Below, in pieces: positions 1 to 8,598 of a stretch of 64,000 nt of DNA. The position numbers and the translations under genes are program-made. The stretch lies in assembly GCA_030429235.1 (NCBI GenBank), contig JAUIDB010000007.1, forward strand, positions 52,677 through 116,676. The letters run 5' to 3'. How positions within the stretch are numbered: position 1 is the stretch's first letter; each line of letters begins with the position of its first letter. Below the pieces are notes generated by a model. That model worked only from the letters and a program-made list of their open reading frames with translations, had not been told where the DNA came from and did no database searches. This DNA comes from Thermoanaerobaculia bacterium. Its GTDB lineage: Bacteria > Acidobacteriota > Thermoanaerobaculia > Multivoradales > JAIOJS01.

Positions 1-249
1 CCCCAAGATGATGATGTTCTATTTCGACCTTGGTGGTAATTTGACGGAGATCAACTGGTGGGTCTGAAGCGGCTGCCTGCACCGGCACCGAGCAGCCCAA
101 CCGCCAGCCAGCGTGGTAGGCTAGCCTCAGAGTCGCATTAGTTCCGGCAACGAACACGAGACGGGTGAGGGTCTGGCCCAGTGCCCCACTCGGATCGAGC
201 GCTCTACCCTGTATCGGGCACGAGGGTGCCCAAAACTCGGAGGTAGCTC

Positions 250-2007
250 ATGCGCCACACTCAACTCCGTCGTTCCTTGATCCCTGCGGCCCTGGTCCTG
301 GGGATCTGGTCCTCCCTCCCTGCGGCTGCCTGTGGGCCGGCCAAACATGGCCCCACCGTGCACGAGCAGTCGCTGGTGGCGCTGTCGGTGTCCCGACCCG
401 CCAGTTCGACCAATCAGTGCGTCGACGGTTGGGCGGGCAACTACGCCTGTGAGAATGTGGACCTGGTATCCGTGATGCCGCGGGAGGCACTGGGGACCGA
501 TCCGAACGTCGCCACCGGCAACGACCTCTGGGGTTGGGTCGATCCGCAGAACGGTACCGAGTGGGCCATCATGGGTATGGCCGACGGGACGGTGTTCGTC
601 GACCTATCGAATCCGGCGAATCCGCGCTACGTGGGAAAGATGCCGACGCGGCAGGTGATCGTGCCGTGGCGCGACATGAAGGTCTACCGCAACCACTTGT
701 ACGTCGTGGCCGACGGACAGGGCCACGGGATGCAGGTTTTCGACCTCACCCGGCTGCGCGGCGTCGGCTCGCCGCAGACCTTCCAACCCGACGCCGAGTA
801 CTTCGGTCCGGGGCTGGGTCTCAACAGCGGTTTCCTGCTCGGCAACGCGCACAACATCGCGATCAACGAACAGACCGGCTTCGCCTACCTCCTCGGCACG
901 AGCACCTGTGGCCAGGGCCTGCACATGGTCGACTTGAGCGAACCGAAGAACCCGCAGTTTGCCGGCTGTTTTGGTCAGACCGGGTACACCCACGACGCGC
1001 AGTGCGTCATCTACGACGGGGTCGACGAGCGCTATCTGGGACGGGAACTCTGTTTCGACAGCGACCCGCAACCCTCGGCTCTGACCATCGTCGACGTCAC
1101 CGACAAGGACAACCCACACATCGTCGGCCGGCACGTCTACGAAGGGGGGGCCTACTCCCACCAGGGCTGGCTGTCGCCCAACCACCAGTACTTCTACCTC
1201 GGCGACGAGCTGGACGAGGCGACTTTCGGGCACGAGACACGGACCGCGATCTTCGACCTGCGGGATCTCGAGAACCCGACGGTGACCAACGTTTACAACG
1301 CCACCACGCTGTCGATCGGGCACAACATGTACACCGTGGGCAAGGACCTCTACCAGGCGAACTACACCGCCGGTCTGCGCATCCTGCGGCGCCAGGGGGC
1401 GAACCTCACCGAGATCGGATTCTTCGACCTCTTCCCCGAGACCGACGCTCCCGCCTTCCGCGGCGCCTGGACGGCGTACCCCTACCTGCCCAGTGGCAAC
1501 GTGATCGTCAGTTCGATCGAAGGGGGCCTTTTCGTATTGCGGCCGCGCCTTCCTGAACCGCCGGGCGCCAACAGCGGCAACGGCAAGACCCCTCCCTTGC
1601 GGCCGTCGTCGCTCTACATCGCGCTCCAGGAGTCCGCTCTGCACCTGACCTGGAACGACCGCGCCACCAACGAGGACGGATTCCGGGTCTTCCGGTCGGT
1701 CGATCAGGGCCCCTCGGAACTCTACGCCGAACTCGGCATCGACGAGACGTTGTTCATCGATGGCGATGTCGAGCCGGGTGTGGTGTACGAGTATCGGGTT
1801 CGTTCCTTCAACCGCCACGGCCAGTCGCGGCCGATTCGCGCCAGCATCGCGATTCCCACCGCCACCGGACCCGGCGGACCCTTGCCGCAGCATCCCATGG
1901 AGCCCTGTCTCAACGCCTGGGGTCACGGCAATCGACAGGGCGGAGGGCACAACCATCTGCGCTCGCAGGACTGTGGCCTGCGCAAACCCTTCGGGCACGA
2001 CGACTAG
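250..2007 (+). CDS. Secreted LVIVD-repeat (choice-of-anchor B-like) beta-propeller protein with C-terminal fibronectin type III domain
   Basis: ATG at 250 preceded by GGAGG. N-terminal signal peptide (LGIWSSLPAAACG). Repeated hydrophobic-VVAD-like blades (NHLYVVADGQGHGMQVFDL). C-terminal FN3-like segment (VFRSVDQGPSELYAEL...YEYRVRSFNRHGQS). Family assignment from motif recognition only. Confidence 0.75.
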   Translation: MRHTQLRRSLIPAALVLGIWSSLPAAACGPAKHGPTVHEQSLVALSVSRPASSTNQCVDGWAGNYACENVDLVSVMPREALGTDPNVATGNDLWGWVDPQNGTEWAIMGMADGTVFVDLSNPANPRYVGKMPTRQVIVPWRDMKVYRNHLYVVADGQGHGMQVFDLTRLRGVGSPQTFQPDAEYFGPGLGLNSGFLLGNAHNIAINEQTGFAYLLGTSTCGQGLHMVDLSEPKNPQFAGCFGQTGYTHDAQCVIYDGVDERYLGRELCFDSDPQPSALTIVDVTDKDNPHIVGRHVYEGGAYSHQGWLSPNHQYFYLGDELDEATFGHETRTAIFDLRDLENPTVTNVYNATTLSIGHNMYTVGKDLYQANYTAGLRILRRQGANLTEIGFFDLFPETDAPAFRGAWTAYPYLPSGNVIVSSIEGGLFVLRPRLPEPPGANSGNGKTPPLRPSSLYIALQESALHLTWNDRATNEDGFRVFRSVDQGPSELYAELGIDETLFIDGDVEPGVVYEYRVRSFNRHGQSRPIRASIAIPTATGPGGPLPQHPMEPCLNAWGHGNRQGGGHNHLRSQDCGLRKPFGHDD

Positions 2008-2083
2008 GAACCCAGCTGGATCGATCGTTTCGAAGGGGGGAGAGGTGGGTCTTGCCGGAGGCCGGGTGGATGAGTAGTCTCAG

Positions 2084-3880
2084 GTGATGCGAACTCACCG
2101 TACTCTCGTCATCGCTCTGGCCTGCTTGCTTTCGCTGTCGTTGGTCACCTGCCAGTCGCCCTCGGTCGAGCCGGTACCGTCGGCCGCAGGCCCCGCCGAG
2201 GCCGCGGCGGAGGTGATCGAGCTGGCCGACCGGTACGTCGAGGCCTACTTCGAGACCTTCCCCGCCAGCGCCACCGCCGAGGGGATCGCCACCGCCGATC
2301 ACGGGCGCTTGCCGGACCTCTCCGAGGCGGGGCTGGCGCCCTGGCGGGCGTTGGAGGACGAACTCTTGGCTTCGCTCCGATCGGTCGACTTCGACCAGCT
2401 CTCGGCCGAAGCGCGGATCACGGCCGAGTTTCTGCTCGAGCAGCTCGAGGCGTCGATCGGCTGGCGTGCCTGTCGGATGGAACTCTGGAACGTCAGTCCC
2501 ACCTGGACCGGGTGGCAGTCGGAGCTCGCCTTCATCGCCTCGATCCAGCCGATAGCGAGCTCGGAGGAGCGTCAGCAGGCCCTGGACCGCGCCCGGGCGC
2601 TGGTCCCCTATTTGCAGCGCGAAATCGACAACCTGACGCGCGGCGTCGCGGCCGGAATCACGGCCCCCCGCAACAACGTCGACCGGGTGATCGAACAGAC
2701 CGAGGCCCTGCTGACGGCGAATCCGCAGGACTCGCCCTTCGCCGATCCCGCGCGCCGGGCCGAGGATCCCGACTTCGCCATCGCCCTGCACGGGATCATC
2801 GAGCACGACGTCAACCCCGCGGTGCAGGCCTACCTCGAGTTCCTGCAGACGACCTACCGGTCGGCGGCCCGCGAAGAGATCGGGGTGACGAGCAACCCGG
2901 AGGGCGAAGCCTGCTACCGAGCGGCGGTCCGGTACCACTCCTCGCTCGAGCTCAGCGCCGAACAGATCCACGCCACCGGTCTGGAACAGATGGAGCGCAT
3001 CACAGCGGAGATGCAGGCGATCGGCGAACGCTCCTTCGGCACCTCCGATGTCGCGGAGTTGCTGCGGACCGCGCTGACCGATCCGCGCTACACCTTCTCG
3101 GATCGTCAGGAGATCGTCGATTACGCGCAGGCCGCGATCGATCGCATGCGCGGCCGGATCCCGGACTGGTTCGGTCTGGTACCGGAGGCCGAGGTTGCGA
3201 TCGTCCCCTACCCTCCGTTCCGTGAGAAGTCGGCGCCGGGGGCGGAGTACATGGCGGCGCCGGACGACGGCTCGCGGCCGGCGACCTACCTGATCAACAC
3301 CTACCGGCCGACCGAGCAGAGCAAGGCGGGCGTCGAAGCGACCGCCTTCCACGAGGCCTACCCGGGGCACCACCTACAGATCGCGATCGCCAAGGAGCGC
3401 GGCAGTTCCCATGCGGTCCAGCGGTACTTCGGCTCCTCCGGTTTCTCCGAGGGGTGGGCCCTCTACACCGAACGCCTGGCGGCGGAGATGGAGGCCTACG
3501 GCGGCGACATCGACCGGTTGGGTCTGCTCTCCAACGAGGCTTTGCGGGCCGGGCGTCTGGTCGTCGATTCGGGGATGCACGCCCTCGGTTGGAGTCGCCA
3601 GCAGGCCGTCGAGTACCTCAGTAGCCATACCGCCGAATCGCCGGCTTCGGTGCAAGCGGAGATCGACCGCTACATCGCGGTGCCGGGCCAAGCCACGGCC
3701 TACATGCTGGGGGCACTGGAGATTCGACGCCTCCGCGATCGCGTCGAGGCCGCCCAGGGTGACCGCTTCGATGTTCGCTCCTTCCACGACCGAGTGCTCG
3801 AGGACGGGGCCGTGACCCTGTCGATGCTGGGCCAGAAGATCGACCGGTGGCTGGCGGAGAGTGAGGGGGCCGAGCCCTGA
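2084..3880 (+). CDS. DUF885 family lipoprotein (metallopeptidase-like)
   Basis: 598-aa ORF. Signal peptide with possible lipobox (LVTCQ). Central HEAYPGHHLQ motif is characteristic of DUF885. Confidence 0.75.
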   Translation: MMRTHRTLVIALACLLSLSLVTCQSPSVEPVPSAAGPAEAAAEVIELADRYVEAYFETFPASATAEGIATADHGRLPDLSEAGLAPWRALEDELLASLRSVDFDQLSAEARITAEFLLEQLEASIGWRACRMELWNVSPTWTGWQSELAFIASIQPIASSEERQQALDRARALVPYLQREIDNLTRGVAAGITAPRNNVDRVIEQTEALLTANPQDSPFADPARRAEDPDFAIALHGIIEHDVNPAVQAYLEFLQTTYRSAAREEIGVTSNPEGEACYRAAVRYHSSLELSAEQIHATGLEQMERITAEMQAIGERSFGTSDVAELLRTALTDPRYTFSDRQEIVDYAQAAIDRMRGRIPDWFGLVPEAEVAIVPYPPFREKSAPGAEYMAAPDDGSRPATYLINTYRPTEQSKAGVEATAFHEAYPGHHLQIAIAKERGSSHAVQRYFGSSGFSEGWALYTERLAAEMEAYGGDIDRLGLLSNEALRAGRLVVDSGMHALGWSRQQAVEYLSSHTAESPASVQAEIDRYIAVPGQATAYMLGALEIRRLRDRVEAAQGDRFDVRSFHDRVLEDGAVTLSMLGQKIDRWLAESEGAEP

Positions 3881-3885
3881 ATTCG

Positions 3886-4461
3886 CTGAGTGGTTTCTCG
3901 CCAAACGGGAGGTTCGCCCTGCTGCTGGCGTCGGTTGTCGTCCTGCTGCTGCCGAGCGGGGCCGCAGCGCAGAGGGCGCACCTCGAACTGTTCGTCGGGC
4001 TCTACCAGACGGACGAAGACTCCCTTGGATCCGAAGAGGTCTACGGCGTGCGAGGAGGGTACGACCTGGCTCCGCAGTGGGGCCTCGAGATCAGCGCGAG
4101 CCAATTCGACGACGGACCCGAGGCCATGGTCGACGACCCGGCGGGGCCGATCCGTGTTCGCTTCCAGGCCTTCCTCCTCGACTTCTCGTTCGTCTGGCAC
4201 GCCTGGCGGGACCAGCTGTTGCTCTTTGCGGGGCCGGGTTTGGTCGATGTGGATTACGAGTTCTACTTCGGTAGCGAGGAGGAACCCGAGGTCGAGTTCA
4301 CCACGTCGCACGACCTCGCCTGGCACGCCGGGGTCGCCTACCGCTGGTCCCCCTCGCCCGGGTTCTATCTCCGTCTGGACGTCCGCGGACGCTACAGCGA
4401 TACCGAACTGTACGACCAGCGCGATCTCGAGGCCTCGATCGCGGCCGGCTGGCGATTCTGA
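3886..4461 (+). CDS. Small outer-membrane beta-barrel protein (OmpA/OmpW-like barrel)
   Basis: Frame is open from 3865 and encodes a textbook signal peptide (RFALLLASVVVLLLPSGAAAQ). Alternating amphipathic strands follow, ending in a C-terminal aromatic (AAGWRF). There is no ATG/GTG/TTG upstream of the signal peptide, so the first canonical start (GTG 4048) would delete it. Start drawn at CTG 3886 after a GAGGGGG SD-like element, and is uncertain. Confidence 0.5.
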   Translation: MSGFSPNGRFALLLASVVVLLLPSGAAAQRAHLELFVGLYQTDEDSLGSEEVYGVRGGYDLAPQWGLEISASQFDDGPEAMVDDPAGPIRVRFQAFLLDFSFVWHAWRDQLLLFAGPGLVDVDYEFYFGSEEEPEVEFTTSHDLAWHAGVAYRWSPSPGFYLRLDVRGRYSDTELYDQRDLEASIAAGWRF

Positions 4462-5103
4462 GGAGCCGGAGACAGGAGACGGGGAGACGGTCCCGAAGGC
4501 AGGCCCTGGGGATGCCCGAAACGGCGGCTTGGTTTAGACTGGTCTGGTGAGCGACTCGTGGCCCCGGCGATCGATCGCCGGCACCCTCTGTCTGGGTTGG
4601 GCGTCCGCCTGGTTGGCGCCTCTGCTCCTGCTCGCCCTGGCGCAGGGTTTCTGTGCCGACTGTAGCTGTTGCGGGGATCTGTTCGGCGGCCGCGTGGCCT
4701 GTGTACGGGGCCTCGAACCGCCGGTTGACGGGCCCACGATGAGCTGCGACGACGACCACCACGAGACTCCGACCACCGTGCCGCCGCTCCTCGGGAAGGT
4801 ACGCCCTGGGGTTCTCGCCACGAGTTCCGTGGCGCCGGTCTTCGAGCACCCGGGTCGGCTCGACCTTCGTCTTGGAACCCGGCTCTCGATGGATCTCCCG
4901 GCCCCCGAGCTGCCTCCTCCCCGCGTCTGAGACCTCGCCGCGACCGACAGGCCGAAGCACGTTCGGCCGCCGTGGCGGGGTGGCTGCAGTGAGGCCGGGG
5001 CCGAAAGGACCCGGGTGATCAACCTTGACGACCCTCCGAGGTCGCTACAGACGCCGACGTGGTCCGACCTGCGGTTGCGGATGCCGTCGGCAGGGGATAG
5101 AGC

Positions 5104-7197
5104 ATGTGGAAGACAAGGACGATGAGAAGGATTGGCCTTCTCGCGCTGGCGAGTTGGTTGGCCTGGACTCCCGGACTGGGAGCCGAGGATTCGGATCAGG
5201 GCGAGGACGAGAAGAAACAACCGAAGTTCGAGCAGAGTCTCGAGGTCACGACACACGTGGCGCTGCTCGGTGAGGACGCCATCGACGGCGGTGAAGTACG
5301 CGAAGCGGAGATCCCAGACCTGGGAACCGCGTTGCGCTCGGAACCGGGTCTCGGCGCGGCACGCCGGGGACCGATCAACCTCGAACCCCAGGTTCGGGGA
5401 CTGGCGGAAGGTCAGCTGCTCGTGCTGGTCGACGGGACCCGGACGCTAGCCGCCGGACCGGCCAGGATGGACTCGGATCTCTCTCACGTGGGGCCGCGGG
5501 CGGTCGACACCGTGCGGGTGGTGAAGGGTCCCTACGCCCTGGCTTGGGGTCCTGGTGCCTTCGGCGCCATCGACGTGCAGACCCTCGCGCCGGCTGCGAG
5601 CGACGTACCGACCTGGGGAGCCCTCGGTGGCCTCTCCTACGTCGACAACGGCGACCTGTTCGAGGCCGGGGCGACGGTCTGGGGAAGCTCCCCCCGGGCG
5701 CGCTATTGGTTGGGGCACCAGTTCCGAGAGGGATCTGACTACGAGACCGGCGGCGGTGCGACCTTGCCGGGAGACTACACCTCGGCGGAGACGCGATGGG
5801 GTTTCGGTTGGAGCCTCACTCCAGAGTTCACCGCGGAGTACCGTGGTAGCTACCAGGCGCAGGACGATATCGACTATCCGGGCCGGCTGCTCGATGCGAC
5901 GCTGTTCCGCCATCGATCCCACCGCCTGGCTCTCGACTGGCAGCGGACCGACTCGGCTGCGCTGCGAGCAGCGGGTCTGACGGTCTACCGCAACGACAAG
6001 CGCCACCGCATGAACAACGATGCGAAGCCGACGGCTCGGCCGATGCCGGGACGGATGCCTCCCTTTGCCCTCGACGTCGATCTACCGACCACCTCGGACA
6101 CGGTCGGGGGCCGGGGCCACGTCGAGTGGTCGGTCGGTGAGTGGAGTCTGCGGACCGGAACCGACTTCAGTTCCGTCGAGCAGGACGCGACCCGGACCAT
6201 CTCCCGGCGCGACAGTGGCCGGGTCCTCTTCGTCGACCGGGTCTGGCCGGAGACCGAGATCGATTCTCTCGGTCTCTACCTTCAGTCGACCCGGGCCACG
6301 TCGCGGGGCTGGTTGTCGGGAACGCTGCGGCTGGACAGCAACCAGGCCACCGCGACCGACCCGTCGGCGTTCTATCTAGACCACACGGTGGGTTCCCTCG
6401 ATCAGGACAACGAGGACGTGAGTCTGGCGTTCTCCGGACTGTGGCGGGTAGGTCCCGAGGCCGTCCTGACCGCCGGAGCGGGTCGGGTGGTGCGGTTTCC
6501 CACCAGCCTCGAGCGGTACTCGGACCGATTCCCGTCGACCCGTTTCCAGGTGGCGGCCGAGTTTCTCGGCTCGCCGCTGCTCGATCCCGAGACGGCGGTC
6601 CAGTTCGACCTGGGCCTCCAGGTGGGGCGTGCCGGCACCACTGCGCGTGTCGATCTCTACTACCGCACGGTGGACGACTACATCACGGTCCAGGCGGACC
6701 CGACCCTGAACCGACGTCTGCCGCTCTCGCCGACCACCGTCTACCGCTATATCAACGGCGACGAAGCGAGTTTCTTTGGGGCCGAGTTCAGTTGGCGGCA
6801 GTCGCTGGGCGAGGACTGGACCCTGGCGATCGGCGCGTCCTACCTGAGGGGTGACGACGAGACCTTCGACGAGCCCGCCTTCGGAGTTCCGCCGTTGCAG
6901 GGTACGGTCGGGCTGCGCTGGACCCCGGTGCCGGCCGCTTTCGTGGAGGCGCTGTTCGAGGTTACCGATCGACAGGATCGCGTGGCGACCCGCCGGATGG
7001 AGCGCGCGACGCCGGGATACGAGGTGGTCGACCTCGTCGCGGGTTGGGAGTTCACCCACTTCGAGCTGCGGGGTGGGGTGCGCAACCTGCTCGACGAGGA
7101 GTACTCGGACCATCTGAACACCTTGAACCCCTTCGTCGGTCAGCGACTGCCGGAGCCGGGACGCAGCGTGTTCGTCGGCATCGACTTCTCGCTGTAG
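5104..7197 (+). CDS. TonB-dependent receptor
   Basis: 697 aa. Signal peptide, plug-domain motifs (LLVLVDGTRT, VVKGPYALAWGPGAFGAIDV), then a long beta-barrel with alternating aromatic strands. Confidence 0.85.
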   Translation: MWKTRTMRRIGLLALASWLAWTPGLGAEDSDQGEDEKKQPKFEQSLEVTTHVALLGEDAIDGGEVREAEIPDLGTALRSEPGLGAARRGPINLEPQVRGLAEGQLLVLVDGTRTLAAGPARMDSDLSHVGPRAVDTVRVVKGPYALAWGPGAFGAIDVQTLAPAASDVPTWGALGGLSYVDNGDLFEAGATVWGSSPRARYWLGHQFREGSDYETGGGATLPGDYTSAETRWGFGWSLTPEFTAEYRGSYQAQDDIDYPGRLLDATLFRHRSHRLALDWQRTDSAALRAAGLTVYRNDKRHRMNNDAKPTARPMPGRMPPFALDVDLPTTSDTVGGRGHVEWSVGEWSLRTGTDFSSVEQDATRTISRRDSGRVLFVDRVWPETEIDSLGLYLQSTRATSRGWLSGTLRLDSNQATATDPSAFYLDHTVGSLDQDNEDVSLAFSGLWRVGPEAVLTAGAGRVVRFPTSLERYSDRFPSTRFQVAAEFLGSPLLDPETAVQFDLGLQVGRAGTTARVDLYYRTVDDYITVQADPTLNRRLPLSPTTVYRYINGDEASFFGAEFSWRQSLGEDWTLAIGASYLRGDDETFDEPAFGVPPLQGTVGLRWTPVPAAFVEALFEVTDRQDRVATRRMERATPGYEVVDLVAGWEFTHFELRGGVRNLLDEEYSDHLNTLNPFVGQRLPEPGRSVFVGIDFSL

Positions 7198-7255
7198 GGA
7201 TCTCGGTCGGCCGGCGGTCCTCGACGGGGCCTGCCGGTCGACCGGAACCCGTTCC

Positions 7256-7501
7256 CTAGTGGGTCGGTGCCGAGCCGCCCGGCCGCTGGCTACGGCGGGC
7301 TCGGAGTACGGCGGTCAGGTAGCCAGCGGCGAAACCCAGGAGCAGGGCCCCGCCCAACAAGAGGATGCGAGAGAGGGTGAATTCCCAGCCCAGGAATCGC
7401 ATCGACACCACCTCGGTGTTCTGGGTGATCACCACGAGGGCCAGTGTCGTGAGGGCCAGGAGGAGACCGATTTTGACCTCCCGCCAGGTGGGTTTCCGCA
7501 T
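7256..7501 (-). CDS. LapA-like (DUF1049) small inner-membrane protein
   Basis: 81-aa C-terminal portion of a long spurious antisense ORF. Two TM helices separated by QNTEVVSMRFLGWEF resemble the LapA domain. Start ATG at 7501. No obvious SD. Confidence 0.4.
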   Translation of the reverse strand: MRKPTWREVKIGLLLALTTLALVVITQNTEVVSMRFLGWEFTLSRILLLGGALLLGFAAGYLTAVLRARRSQRPGGSAPTH

Positions 7502-7564
7502 GGCCGCAGTATAGAGGGTGAGAACCACTCGCGGACCGAGGGAACGGGATAGACTCGCCCCACC

Positions 7565-8590
7565 ATGCGTCAAAGATCTCGAGCTCTCGTTTCGACCCTC
7601 CTCTCCCTCTTCGCCCTGGCTGGAATGACTCTCTGGGTCGGTTGCGGCCCATCCGCCGACACCCCGGCCGTCGACTCGACGTCGACCGCGTCCGAACTGC
7701 CCCGCTTCCTGAGCCTCGGTACGGCTCCCCCCGGGGGCGCCTTCTACGTGGTCGGAGGCGCGCTGGCCGCGACGCTGCAGGAAGATCCGGCGGGCGGTGG
7801 CTGGCAGGTCACGGCCGAGGCGACCAAGGGGACCCAGGAGAACATCCGCCGCCTCTCCTCCGGTGAACTCGACTTTGCTCTGGCCAACTCCGCGATCAGC
7901 TACTTCGCGGCGCGCGGGGAAGGGTGGGATCGGGCGCACGAGCTCCGTTCGGTGATGACGTTGGCTCCCAACGTCGGACTGTTCGTGGCGCCGCAGGGCT
8001 CGGGGGTCGAAACCATGGCGGACCTGGCCGGCCAGCGAGTCGTGCTGGGACCGGCCGGTGCCGGCTTCCACTTCTTCCTCACGCCGATCCTGGCGGCGCA
8101 CGGCGTGGCCTGGGACGAGGTCGACGCTCTGCACGCCACCCAGGCCGGCGCGGTCGATCTCCTCGGGGACGGTTCGGCGGCGGCGGCGTTCCTGGGGGGG
8201 GCAGTGCCCACTGCCTCGATCGTGCAGGCCGCGGCGAGCGGCGATCTCCACTACGTACCCTTCGACCCCGAGGCCCATGAGCAGCTGATCGCGGACTTTC
8301 CTTTCTTCCGTCCCGCGACCTTGGCGGCCGGTACCTACCGCGGTCTCGAGGAAGAGTTCGCCGGCCTCGACGTGGGATCGATGCACCTCATCACCTCGGC
8401 CTCGGCGCCGGAGGAACTGGTCTACACCGTGACCAAGGCGCTGTGGGAGGGCCGCGAAGCGGTGGTGTCGCGACATCCGGCGGGCAAGGCGATCCAAGCG
8501 CAGAACGTCGTGCGAAGCACCGGCACCGAGTTCCACCCGGGGGCGATTCGCTACTACGAGGAGATCGGCATCTGGCCGAACCAGGAGTAG
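7565..8590 (+). CDS. TRAP transporter solute-binding protein, TAXI family
   Basis: Lipoprotein signal (LWVGCG). The LSLGTAPPGGAFYVVGGALA motif and overall TAXI architecture match. 341 aa. Confidence 0.85.
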   Translation: MRQRSRALVSTLLSLFALAGMTLWVGCGPSADTPAVDSTSTASELPRFLSLGTAPPGGAFYVVGGALAATLQEDPAGGGWQVTAEATKGTQENIRRLSSGELDFALANSAISYFAARGEGWDRAHELRSVMTLAPNVGLFVAPQGSGVETMADLAGQRVVLGPAGAGFHFFLTPILAAHGVAWDEVDALHATQAGAVDLLGDGSAAAAFLGGAVPTASIVQAAASGDLHYVPFDPEAHEQLIADFPFFRPATLAAGTYRGLEEEFAGLDVGSMHLITSASAPEELVYTVTKALWEGREAVVSRHPAGKAIQAQNVVRSTGTEFHPGAIRYYEEIGIWPNQE

Positions 8591-8598
8591 CGGCTGGA

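Noticed and set aside
2-67. Short ORF reading into the window start (…PKMMMFYFDLGGNLTEINWWV*), in a locally lower-GC patch.
   Set aside because: It may be the 3' end of an upstream gene, but 22 codons with no recognisable motif is insufficient to call.
604-3373. Long antisense ORFs (604..1998 -, 1910..3373 -) opposite the LVIVD and DUF885 genes.
   Set aside because: They are Arg/Gly/Pro-rich, low-complexity translations typical of the reverse strand of high-GC genes, with no recognisable domain. The sense-strand genes have clear signal peptides and motifs.
4461-5104. Cobalamin or other riboswitch upstream of TonB-dependent receptor 5104..7197.
   Set aside because: No B12-box (GCCACTG-like) or other recognisable riboswitch core was seen by eye. 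Cannot be excluded without covariance-model searches.
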